Part shown: positions 35,909 to 47,270 of the stretch, piece after piece | Numbering within the stretch: the stretch's first letter is position 1 | How the letters are laid out: each line of letters starts with the position of its first letter | Source: Malacoraja senta | Taxonomy: Eukaryota | Reading direction: 5' to 3' | NCBI GenBank assembly: GCA_038087875.1 | Contig: CM075989.1 | Span: 15,750,001 to 15,810,000 of the forward strand | Length of the DNA: 60,000 bases | Position numbers and translations under genes: made by a program | The notes under the pieces: model-generated | Databases searched by the model: none | What the model was told of the DNA's origin: nothing | What the model saw: the letters and a program-made list of their open reading frames with translations, nothing else

Positions 35909-36712
35909 TTTCAAAGGTTTCAAAGGTTTCAAATGTAGACAAAAATGCTGGAGAAACTCAGCGGGTGCGGCAGCATCTATGGAGCGAAGGAAATAGGCAA
36001 CGTTTCGGGCCGAAACCCTTCTTCAGACTTTTGTCTACCTTCGATTTTCCAGCATCTACAGTTCCTTCTTGATCAAAGGTTTCAAAGGTCTTTTATTGTC
36101 ACCTGTACCAATTAAGGTACAGTGATATGCGAATTACCATACAGCCACACTAAAAAATCAACAAGACACACAACTACATAAAAGTTAACATAAACATCCA
36201 CCACAACTGATTCCCCACATTCCTCTGTGATGGAAGGCAATAAAGTCTAATCTTCTTCCCTCATTTTTCTCCCGTGGTTGGGGCAGTTGAACCATCGGTC
36301 GGGGTGATCGAAGCTCCCGCAGCCGGCGGTCGAAGTCTCCACGACGGGGCGATTGAAGCTCCCGCGTCGGGGCGGTCGAAACTCCTACGGCATGGAGCTT
36401 CTGAAGTCGGTCTCTAACCAGAGACCGCGATGTTAAAGTCCCGCAGGCTCCCGTGGTGGAGATCTCGAAGTCGGTCTCCAACAAAGGCCGCCAACTCCTC
36501 GATGTTAGGCTGCAGTGAGGACAGAGATACGATACAGAAAAAAATCACATCTCCGTCGAGGTAAGAGATTAGAAAACGTTTCCCCTAACACCCTCCCCCA
36601 CATAAAAACAAGCTAAAGAACATTAAAAACATACATTTAACACATACTAAAGAAACAATGAAGAAGAAAGGGACAGACAGACTGTTGGCGAGGCAGCCAT
36701 TGCTGGTGCCAC
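35909..36712 (-). mobile_element. CpG-rich non-autonomous retroelement with a Rex/RTE-like tail and (TTTGAAACC)n terminal repeats
   Basis: The + strand shows (TTCAAAGGT)n, then CTTTTATTGTCAC, then a CpG-rich body with repeated GAAGCTCCCGC / GAAGTCGGTCTC units. Confidence 0.55.
35999..36026 (-). ncRNA. Candidate minimal type I hammerhead ribozyme core (best-preserved copy) in the Penelope-derived module 35934-36071
   Basis: Minus strand: CTGAAGA-A-GGGT(TTCG)GCCC-GAAACGTT; stem II capped by a UUCG tetraloop. Confidence 0.5.
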
Positions 36713-37334
36713 CTGGGAGATCGTAAAAACTTTGTACAAATAGCACCTGTAGTCAGGTTCGAACCCGGGTCTCTGGCGCTGTAAGGCAGCAACTCTACCA
36801 CTGTGCCATTGTGAATGGATATAATAAACTGGATATAATACAGCTAAAAGAAGTAATCAATGCATTTCACAAAGAAATAAGATGAAGGCCATAACCAAAA
36901 TGAGCCAGTGACAAATCTATTTCATGTTTCCTGTGCTTTATAGTTCAGTATTAGGTTGAATCATTCATCCTTGAGTGGATTTGACTCTGAAATCTCCTGT
37001 ATTGACTTCTTTACCCATGTTATACAGGCTAAGAGAACTGCCAGCCCATCCATTCACTGCTGGAGCAAGCAGAACCAGTTGGTTCTTCATTCAATTTGCA
37101 TTCATTGCATTAGTTAAATTATATGAGAGCTGGTTAAGTGGGTCAGAAGGTGGCGCCACACGCAAACTGAGCCACAAGACTTTCTCAGTAGTAAAGGAAT
37201 GGAGGTAGCTTCATACAAGGAGGAGCCAGGGTGGTCATGTTTCTCACTCACGGTTGTGGAGCCCTTGGACAATTAGGGTTTGTAATATTCCACAAGACTC
37301 TTACCGTATGCTCTTGTTGAGAATATGATAGATA

Positions 37335-37700
37335 TCAGCTGTGATGGGAATAGGTTGGAAATTTAATTATAATTGGAATGGGATTAATGTCCGTAGTTGT
37401 TGGGAATACAATGGATATATCTACATTGCTGGGAATGGGATGGATACCCGCTGTTGTTGGGAATGGGTCTGAAATTTGCTGTTGCTAGGAATGGGATGGT
37501 ATCCACTGTTACCGGGAATGTGATGGATATTTCCGGGGGGTTGGGAATGAGATGGATATCCACTGTGGCTGAGATTGCTGTGTATATTTGCAATGTGGGA
37601 ATAGGATAAATATCTGCTGAGTTGGGAATGGGGTGGATCCCTGGTCTGGTTGGGAATGCTGTGGATGTGGCTGGGAATGGCGTGGATATCTGCTGTGGCT
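37335..37700 (+). repeat. Degenerate minisatellite, ~28-30-bp unit (TGGGAATGGGATGGATATCC.CTG)
   Basis: About a dozen recurrences of GGGAAT...GGATAT...CTG. Confidence 0.75.
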
Positions 37701-38859
37701 GACGTCTGGCCACGTCAGCAATGATCCCATTTTCCTGATGGTTCCCTGCAGCCAGTGGAAGCACTGACGTATGTCAATGTGGCAGAATCTGTCCTGTTTT
37801 TAATCATCTTTACAAAGCGACTCCAGGGTTGCTAGGCATCCTGGAAAAAGACAAAAGAGAATGTACTGTGTTTAGATTAAATGTGTACTGCTGTTGGAAA
37901 TGCCACAATGCCGCCTTTTGTTTTGGTTTATTTTTATCCTTTTCCTGAACTACTAATTGAGCTTCCACTCTTGCTGCAGTGGTTACAATTCCCCCCTTTC
38001 CTTAAACCCCATTTCCACTTGGAATTGATGCCCAGAGACGGACGGAGGGCCAGATGGCATCAACTGGCGGCACTGCCCCTGGAAGGGAAAGACACACCCC
38101 TGGATCAAGCACCAACACAGATTCCCAGGCTCACACCCAGCAACACAGCAGGGTTTGGTTACACTATTCCACCACAATAAGAACGGAGCCGCACCACAGG
38201 CAGGACAATGCCTTCACCCTGACGACCACAACCATTCACATGTCGTGCCAAGGGATCGTTCCAGGATGACGTTGACCAAACTGCACAGAAGCACAAAGTA
38301 AGTTGTAGAGACGTGGTTCACGAAATCTAGCGACGCCTTCAGCTTGTCTCTGGGCAATGGGTGCCAGCGCCGCGGGGACCTTCTCACCCACACGTCTGGG
38401 ATACATGGATTGGGCCCATCCTCATTCTGCTCAGCAGGACCTACATCTGTGTCTGTCTGAGGAGAACCACTTCACAGCCAACAGAAAGCTTTTCCAGAAA
38501 TTCCATCCTGTTACAAAAATAACTTGTCCCCTTCCAGTAATATCTTAAGAGAGCTGTTAGAAGTTTCACTGACAACACAGGGACCAACATGGTTCGCATT
38601 TAACAGTGTCATTCTGGGAGGAAGGAGATCTTGTTGTATTCTGATGCCAGCTGTGCTGAAGGGGATGAGGTACAAGAGGGGCAATAATACAAGGATGACA
38701 GCCCAGCGTGAAGGTGTGGTACCGTACCTGATACAGAACCCAAACACAGCAGGTACTGAAGATTCATTACGTCCCCATGGTTTAATGAAGGCTGGGATAA
38801 TACCAGCGAACGCCTCAGCCAAACCAGATGCGTTGATCTCAGCCAGTGTAGGAATGGAG

Positions 38860-39050
38860 CACAGCAGCACAGCTGGAAGAACCACTGCCTCACCGCTCCA
38901 GCAACCCTTGTTCGATCCTGACCCCGGCCGCTGTCTGTGTGGAGTTTGCAAGTATTTCCCGTGACCGTGTAGGTTCACCCCTGGGTGCTCTGGTTTCCTC
39001 TCACATCCCAAAGACGTGTGAGTTAGGGGGTTAATTGGCTGCTGTCTGTT
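38860..39050 (+). mobile_element. Partial HE1 SINE
   Basis: GTTCGATCCTGAC B box and V-domain GTGTGGAGTTTGCA...GGTTTCCTCTCACATCCCAAAGACGTG. Confidence 0.6.
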
Positions 39051-40212
39051 AGGAGTCTGCCTGTGTCCAATGGCTGGATGTGGGGAGGCTGAGGGGAATG
39101 TGGTGAGGATAAAGTGGATGAGTGCAGGCTGAGTGCAGTGGGATCTCGATGTTGGCTCAAAGCTCCCATATTCTATGTTCCTAATGTTTTAGAGGCACGA
39201 CTCTGAGGGGCGGGGGTGAGCGACTGATGGGGACCAGTTGCAAACACAATCAAGTGGAGAGGGAGGGTTGGGACACGTTGGGAGCTCACGGCTGTGCTGC
39301 CGCAGAGGACAAGCTATTGAGTGGACCTCGAGAATGGCTCCCATTACCAGAGTTGGTGAACAGCTCATGCAGATCTGCCGTAAGTAGCGAGAAGAGTTCA
39401 CTGAGAAGCAGAAACATTTATGACACAGAAGAAGGTTATTTGGTGTCTGTGTTGGTTGAGAGCTGCACAGATCGATCGAACCTTCCTGAAGTGGCTCTGT
39501 GGGCCTGCAGGGTAGAACTCCTCGAGTCCACGGACAAACACTTCTTCAGGCAGTTTCCAGATCCTCACTACCCTCTTTCTCTCATCTCCTGTCTAATCCT
39601 TTTATCAAGTGCTTTTGATTTATGCCCCTGGTTTTAGACCACCTTCCTAAATTCTCATCCCTCATAATTCTATCACCTTAATTAAACCTCCCTTCAGCCT
39701 TCTCAGTTCCAGGGAAAACAACCCTAGCTTATTCAATCTTTCCTTATGGTTAAAGTTTTCCAGTCTTGGCAACTTTGTTATATATCATTTCTGCACCCTC
39801 TCCAATGCAATCACAGCTTTCCTATAATGTGTTTACACAGTACAGGTAATTCTGCTACAACTTGTGTCTCCATAACACTAATTGGATTTAATAAGATTGA
39901 TGATTTAGTGAACACTATTTGAATTATAAGGGCTGAAATTTTTTTAACTGCAGTAACAAAAATAAACGTATAGCTATTAAAAAGTCTTTTATTTTTGCAA
40001 ATTCTGTGGGGAAATATAACTTTGCTATAGTGAGTCTGAAACTCTCTCACCCCTAACCCCCTTTTCCCCATTGACATTATTTGTTTTTATAATATAATTT
40101 TCTATAATGTGAGCTTTGTTAGGAATGCAACTATCGTGTTCTAGCAGAACTGCCTGGACTCAAAATGTGGTATTGTGTGTAATTTTAGTATTATCTACTT
40201 GCATTTGTTTTT

Positions 40213-40515
40213 TTAGTTTAGTTTAGGAATATAGCATGGAAAAAGGTCCTTGAGCCCATCGAGTCTATGTTGCCTGTCGATCACCCCTTCACACTAGTTC
40301 TATTTTATTCCACTTTCTCAGCCAGTTACCTACACACTAGGGGGCAAGTTATAGAGACCAATTAACTCACAAACCTGCATGTCTTTGGGATGCAGGGGGA
40401 AACCCAGGGAGAACCCTGCGCAAACCCCACGCAGACAGCACCCAAGGACATGATCGAACACCGGTCTCTGGCGCTGTGAGGCAGCAGCACTATCAGCTGT
40501 GCCACTGTGCTGCCC
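40213..40515 (-). mobile_element. HE1 SINE
   Basis: (TTTAG)n tail, then ACCTGCATGTCTTTGGGA and GGTCTCTGGCGCTGTGAGGCAGCAGC head. Confidence 0.7.
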
Positions 40516-42889
40516 TTTAGTCCTGGACTCCGAGTCACTTTCTCAGCACATCACCTTACAAAGGGAAGCAATCCAATCCATTTTCAACATTTTTATTGAC
40601 CTATCTGAAGTTTTCTATCTGGCGTTTTCAGCCTTAATGTCAACCGTTTGGCCAGTGTTTGCATCAGCAGACCATGATAGAAGTTATTCTTCTTCTCACT
40701 CCTTTTCGAGCTTGTACAGACACAGAGTTGGACATTGGAACTTTGATTTTGTTCTTCTCATTGCTTTGTAAATATTGATTGTAATGTCCAATTGTTTGAT
40801 AATTTCGATTTTGTTAATATTAATGTCTTTAATGTCTTTACTTGTTCGGAATAAATAAATAAATAAATAAATAAATAAAATGCATCAACTTCCTTGTGCA
40901 CAGTAAACTTTGATCAGGTTTGTTATATATATTACATACAATCTCGCATTAGGCATGCGGGCTGTCTTTGCAAGAATGGGCTGCAGTGTTAGTGAGTTGT
41001 ACATGATTTAATGACAAGCACGGGAGTGATGGTTCGCACGCATGTTGTGTGTGGGTGCCAGTCTATGTCAGGGAACCTCTCTGCTATTTGAGGATATATG
41101 GAGCAATTTGAAAGAATGTTATACTTCCCAGTTGTATTTTACTTTGTTGGATTGTGTGGCTTTCATAGAAATTGCACTAGAGGCTATTATTTCTAGGCCA
41201 TAGTGCCATAACATCATAGTTTGGGTATTGTTGATAGAGGCTTAGTTTTCTCCTGATACAGTCTAGCTGGATCATATGACTAATGTTAAAAAAAACTAGA
41301 CACCATCTTTCAAGCAATTCTCATAGCTTCTATAATATCAGTCACAGGAAGACAATTAGCTCAGTCTCTGCCTGAACAAAGAGGGGATTCCTGGCCCTTC
41401 TAGTCAAATAGTCTCAGAATAAAATGACTGTAATAAGGAAAAAAAGTCCTGGCCAAGGAAAGCGTAGATCTTTACCCAGAGAGTGTGAGTTATCAGTTAT
41501 TAGGCACATTATTGACTGAGATCTTTGGGCGATCAGACAGGAAAATGGATTTGAGATATTAGATTAGGATTAGGATTCGCCAGGATCTCATTGGATGGTC
41601 AAGATGTTTTACATTATTCCTGCTGCTATTTCTTATGTTTTTCAAGATGCTACAGGAATTAGTTGTCATGTCAACAAAGTATCGGTTTAACATCTCGTCC
41701 AAAGGATAGCACCTCCCAAGGCTCTGTACTCTCATAAAACTGGTATTATGAGCCAGTTTAAATTATATACCCATATCGTTGGAACGAGTCGTGAACACAC
41801 AACATTCTGACTAAGAGACAGGAGTGATACCATTGGAATATTTTTTTCCGTTCTTTCCAAGGGACATCTGGGCAACATTCTAATCCACTAGGCCAAAACT
41901 GCCCAGTGAAAATCTCTCGGCAGATTGGTCCATTGATAGTGGATAGTGGTCCAGGGGCCATGTGTCACAGTGGTTGAAACCCTGTGGCAACTTCCAGCAG
42001 ACCTTGATCCAGCTGTTACAATCATCAGATTGTAGGGATGAAGGGAGCGATTTTTTTTTTTGAGCGGAAAAACCTTAGTGTAAACATTTTGTTAATACAA
42101 AACAGGAGTTGCACTATGTGCTTGGACCTGTTGTAATTTTCCAGCAAAATTGTTTGTGGGAAATATGTTGTCCTTAAGTGTCTGAGTTGAGCTGACCAGC
42201 AAATAAACCTTCATTAAGGAATATAGGTTTGTCCGTGACCAGCGCATGTGTGGGAAAAGTGACCCAGTCTGGACTGATTTGCTCATACACTAAGAGTTTG
42301 CTTTTCCTCTCAGCAGTATGGAAACCGTGCCAGATTTTTCTGCAGATGTAAGCAGGAGCAGATAATGAGCTCCGGAGAAAAACAACACCAGTTGAGCTGG
42401 GCTTTGGCCAAGGCTCATTTGGCCTGTGGTCTCAAGTTGGGGACCAATCGTGCTTTCTTGCTTTCTGTGGCCTCCAATATCTCTCCCAGGAGTTAAGGAA
42501 AACAAAATGATGTGGTACAATTACAGCTTCCCAATATGCCAGCTTGGACAATGAGATGTGAGGGGAAGATAATAAAAATGCTATTTTTGCTTTACTTTAT
42601 AAGAGAAAAACAATGATTAAATCAAGACAATATGAATAACAGCTGCAGCAGGTTACCATTGATGTTTAAAGAGCGAAATGAGAAGAAAGTAATTTAGTAT
42701 TTCCGATAAGATCACTAAAGCAACAGTAAAGAGAAACAGTGGAAATTGTACAAGCAAGACACCAGCTGATACCCAACATGTGATTATTTTACCATTAACT
42801 TATTCACTCACTGAAGTGATACACATTATTCATGGGAAATGGAAACAGTTTTCTACAGTTCTGAGCGCTTATAATATGACTCGATGAAA

Positions 42890-43913
42890 TCTATATATTA
42901 CTAAAACTCTTTGTTTGTTTGTTTGTTTGTATGTGTGCGTGTGCGTGATATTTCAAAACCCCGCCAAAATGGTGCACGATAGCGCTACAATTTTTGGCCC
43001 ACCTTACTCACCATTGTACTTGGGTGTAAATGAAACAAGTTTAGTTCGGATTAATGTTATATTTTACAAGTTATTGAAATTTTAAACTTTACAAAAATCA
43101 CTTTTCAACCACTTTTCCACTTGCCCTGCCCATCAGCCGCGTTCGACGTCACAATGACGTAACAATGGGATCCCGAATCCCATTTAAAAAATCACAATAA
43201 AAAAAAAAAAACGGGTTTAAATCAAATTCTTCTGATTTCATTAACATCTAACATTGCGTTTAGGTTATTTTTTTTTAAATTGCGATTTTCATTGTGGAGG
43301 GGTGGGATAGGGGGGAGGTTTCATTTTAAAAATAAACATCGCGTTTTTCCATTGTAGGGGGTGGGATAGGGGGAGATGAGCAGTGGGGAAGCAGGGTGAT
43401 AGAGGGAGAGGAGGGGGTAGGGAGGGGAGAGGGAGGGGAAAGTGGGGGAGGTGAGGAGGGAGAATGGGGAGGAGGGGGGATAGAGGGAGAGGGCAGTGGG
43501 GGAGGTGAGGAGGGAGAGTGGGGGTGGGATAATGGGGGAGGTGAGGAGTAGGGGAGCAGGAGGATAGAGGGAGAGGAGGGGGTAGGGAGGGGAGAGGGGT
43601 TATGGAGGGAGGGAGGGAGTGACTGAGGGTAAGGGAAAGGAGAGGGAGGGAGAGGTGAGGAAGGGAGTGGGGTAGGGGAGGAGGAGGGGAAAAAAGAGGG
43701 AGGGTGAAGAGGAGGGGGAGGGAGTGCTGGGGAGGAGGGGCAACGGAGGAGGATAGGGGTAGGAAGAGGGTGGCGAGGCGCAGTTGCGGGTGGGTTGCCG
43801 TGACTCGCATCACAACGGGAAGCCCTCAGCCGCGCCTGCGCAGTTGTGGGCTATGGGTATGTGGTGGAATTTTGCCTTGGGGGACGGGCCCAACGGGTCC
43901 GCACCTGGTCTAG
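42890..43913 (+). mobile_element. Non-autonomous Helitron (1024 bp) with an internal G-rich minisatellite
   Basis: 5' A|TCTATATATTACTAAAA; 3' GC-rich hairpin CGGGCCC-AAC-GGGTCCG (43885-43901) 8 nt upstream of terminal CTAG|T. Inserted between A and T with no TSD. Confidence 0.8.
43355..43780 (+). repeat. G-rich purine minisatellite (GGGATAGAGGGAGAGG / GGGGAGGTGAGGAG units)
   Basis: Directly visible; many GGG runs with short spacers. Confidence 0.85.
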
Positions 43914-44017
43914 TGTAATAATAATGCTTCCCATTTAGAACAGTAAAGGGTGGGGTACTATGTCCTTGCCAATGGAAAATTGCTGTCTGGTGAAATTAAT
44001 CTTCACTAATGGAGAGA

Positions 44018-44303
44018 TTAGTTTAGTTTAGCTTAGTTTAGAGATATAGCATGGAAACAAACCCTTCGGCCCACTGAGTCCATGCTCGCCTGTACACTAG
44101 CACGAGCCTACACACTAGGGAAAATTTACAGAAGCCAATTAACCTACACGCCTGTGGGAGGAAACCGGAGAACCTGGAGAAAACCCACAAGGTCGCAGGG
44201 AGAACGTACACACTCCATACAGACAGCACCCGTAGTCATGATCGAACCTGGGTCTCTGGCGTTGTAAGGCAGCAGCTCTACCGTTGCGCCACCGTGCTGC
44301 CCC
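44018..44303 (-). mobile_element. HE1 SINE, near full length
   Basis: (TTTAG)n tail; head is the reverse complement of GCACGGTGGCGCAACGGTAGAGCTGCTGCC...GGTTCGATC. Confidence 0.8.
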
Positions 44304-44889
44304 AAAATGAAGTGTTAAAGGCTTGACCATGTAGTTCAGGAAAAAGTCCAGTGAATTTACAGAGACTGCCAAGGTAAGATTCTCTTCACTGTTCTCGTGC
44401 GCTGTACACAAATATGAAGACCTGCTGCCCCAGTTCCCCGTATCCCTGGAATATCAATCCTTCTTTCCCTATTTTTATGCTGCTGCTACAAATGCAATGG
44501 AACATCTCACGATATCTCACCATATCTCCTTCTTTTATTCACGTGCTTACACATTACCTGACATAAGAGGCGCTAAAATATGCCAACCGTACATTAGTGG
44601 GTTGTGAAAAAGAATGTCACTGTGCTGTGCATACAGGACAATAAAGAATCATTGAACCATTGAACGTCAAAAAGACACAAAGTGTTGGAATAACTCAGCC
44701 GGTCAGGTCGCATCTCTGGAGAACATGGATAGAGACGCCGCTTGACCAGCTGCTGAATTACTCCAGTGCTGTTTGTCTTTTATTTCTGTAAACCAGCACC
44801 TTGTTTCTCTCTCTTTCTCTCCTCTCTACCACATTATCATGCTTGCTGACTCTTCCCCTCAGAATACACACTATCCTAAGATACTTTAT

Positions 44890-45720
44890 CCATTGTCAGA
44901 GCTACAACTACACGGTAAATGGTAGCGAATTGAGGAATGCAGTTGAACAGAGGGATCTAGGAATAACTGTGCATAGTTCCCTGAAGGTGGAATCTCATGT
45001 AGATAGGGTGGTAAAGAAAGCTTTTGGTGTGCTGGCCTTTATAAATCAGAGCATTGAATATAGAAGTTGGGATGTAATGTTAAAATTGTACAAGGCATTG
45101 GTGAGGCCAATTCTGGAGTATGGAGTACAATTTTGGTCGCCTAATTATAGGAAGGATGTCAACAAAATAGAGAGAGTACAGAGGAGATTTACTAGAATGT
45201 TGTCTGGGTTTCAGCAACTAAGTTACAGAGAAAGGTTGAACAAGTTAGGTCTTTATTCTTTGGAGCGCAGAAGGTTAAGAGGGGACTTGATAGAGGTCTT
45301 TAAAATTATGAGCGGGTTAGACAGAGTGGACGTGGATAAGCTTTTCCCATTGAGAGTAGGGAAGATTCAAACAAGGGGACATGACTTGAGAATTAAGGGA
45401 CAGAAGTTTAGGGGGAACATTAGGGGGAGCTTCTTTACTCATTGAGTGGTAGCTGTGTGGAATGAGCTTCCAGTGGAAGTGGTGGAGGCAGGTTCGATGT
45501 TATCCTTTAAAAATAGATTGGATGGGTATATGGACGGGAATGGAATGGAGGGTTATGGTCTGAGTGCAGGTAGATGGGACTAGGGGGAAGTATTTATTTT
45601 TAATTTAAAAATAAATAAATAAATAAATAAAATTAAAAAAAATTTAAATGTTCGGCACGGACTTGAAGGGCCGAGATGGCCTGTTTCCGTGCTGTTATGG
45701 TTATATGGTTATATGGTTAT
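44890..45720 (+). mobile_element. Relatively young 5'-truncated CR1/HER1 LINE (ORF2 C-terminal part, premature stop)
   Basis: ORF 44801-45445 encodes QRDLGITVHSSLK...LYKALVRPILEYGVQFWSP...IERVQRRFTRM...SLERRRLRGDLIEVFKI...TRGH, the classic CR1 ORF2 C-terminus. Ends in an (ATGGTTAT)n tail. Confidence 0.9.
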
Positions 45721-46034
45721 CTGGGCACAGTAGCCACTGGCACCATGAAGATGAGACTCAATCAGAGAGAACTCAATTAGAAAGGGAACTTAACACCAAC
45801 CTGACGATTCCTGACACTGATGAATTAATCAGATCTTGGCACCAATGATATATATAGGTGGTTAGTCATGTTTGAAGTGGCCAAGAACAATTTTGCCAAT
45901 TTACTCTCTCATTTTCTGCTTAACAGATTTCAAAAGGACAATTTTAAATAAGTATCTCTGCTGCCTCTAAGCCCCAATGTTGGTTACATTCAATCATTTC
46001 AAACAAGGTGGTTCATAACTATAATTTAACAAGA

Positions 46035-46344
46035 TGACACGGTGACGCAGTGGTAGAGTTGCTGCCTTACAGCGCCAGAGACCCGGGTTCGATCCTGACT
46101 ACGGGTGCTGTCTGTGCGGAATTTGTACGTGCTCCCCGTGACCGCGTGGGTTTTCTCCGGGTGCTCCGGATTCCTCCCACAAATCAAAGACGTGCAGGTT
46201 TGTAGGTTAATTGGCTTTGTTAAAAAAAATGTATATTGTCCCTAGTGTGTAGGATAGTGCTGTAGTGTATGGGGATCGCTGGTCGGCACGGACTCTGTGC
46301 GCCGAAGGACATGTTTCCGCGCTGTATCTCTAAACTAAACTAAA
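46035..46344 (+). mobile_element. HE1 SINE, full length
   Basis: ACGGTGACGCAGTGGTAGAG...GGGTTCGATCC, V-domain, (CTAAA)n tail. Confidence 0.85.
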
Positions 46345-46932
46345 TTCAAAATATTTTTAAAATATCGAGCACATGAGAGTGGAATATGCTCTCTCTGATA
46401 ATACTGGGATCATTGTTGGGATTGTAACTGAAAACTGATAGACAGATCATTGGGAAATTAATGTTGGAGTTGCCTGTTTAAACACTTTATCTTTTTGCCA
46501 CACATAGTGATAAATGCCAGATTTTCCGTATCAACATCATTTTAATGGTAGAGGTAACATTTATTTTAATGAATTATGATCAGTACTAAAATAAGCCCAA
46601 CAGGAAAAAAGTAGGATCATAGTTCATTATAATTCAGCACTGAAATACTGACTTTTAAAACACATTTATTTTCATTAGTAGAAATGCATTTGCATGCAGA
46701 TGCAGTTAGGGGGTGAGATGCATGACAAACAGACAGACCGATACAGAGACGCACACATATGCATACACAGATGTTGCACAGACATACATGACAAACACAT
46801 ATGGTGCACACACACACACATACACATAAGATAGACACAAAATGCTGAACTCAGCGGGACAGGCAACATCTCTGGAGAGAAGGAATGGGTGACATTTCGG
46901 GTCGAGACTGAAGAAGGGTCTCCAGAGATGCT

Positions 46933-47159
46933 TATCGAATTATTCTTATAATGAGGCTCGTACAACGACGTAATCGGAGTCTGTCTTTATTTAGCAACTC
47001 ACTACAGCAGCTGCCTCGTGCTGCATCCCCGGGCCCTGCTGCTAGGCCTCTCTCCGGTTACGCCCACAGCCCCACCTTCAGGCCGGATGCTGTCACTGCA
47101 GCCTGACCACTGGCAGCAGAATAAAGGCATTCCTTACTCTATTATTCCATAATACCACA
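46933..47159 (-). repeat. 3' LTR
   Basis: Direct repeat of 51302-51528 with one mismatch (47037 T vs 51406 G). Minus-strand AATAAA at 46986-46991. Confidence 0.95.
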
Positions 47160-47172
47160 TCTCCCTTTCTTT
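47160..47172 (-). other. Polypurine tract
   Basis: AAAGAAAGGGAGA immediately 5' of the 3' LTR on the minus strand. Confidence 0.9.
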
Positions 47173-47270
47173 GAGAACAAATGGTGGACTACCTTTGTCT
47201 CTGCAGGTCTTAAGGGGTTTATTCTGCCCTTTTGCTGAAAGACCTGTCCCTGATCAAATAAATCAATAAA

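Larger units (their letters stand above)
35720..36812 (-). mobile_element. HE1 SINE split by nested insertions (3' half ~35720-35908, 5' half ~36712-36812)
   Basis: The two halves join at AAAACCCCATGGT|CAC..GGGAGA as in intact HE1 copies; B box GGTTCGAACC at ~36756-36765. Confidence 0.7.

Noticed and set aside
37335..37700. Regularly spaced repeats as a CRISPR-like array
   Set aside because: Degenerate tandem units with no unique spacers, in a vertebrate context with no cas genes.
44801..45445. 214-aa ORF as a host gene
   Set aside because: It is a truncated CR1 ORF2 C-terminus with a premature stop.
46035..46100. tRNA gene suggested by A/B boxes (also 27779, 44240)
   Set aside because: Continues into the V-domain and LINE tail, so it is a SINE head rather than a tRNA cloverleaf.
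47160..47270. env-like gene making the element an endogenous retrovirus
   Set aside because: Only ~110 bp separate the pol stop from the 3' LTR.
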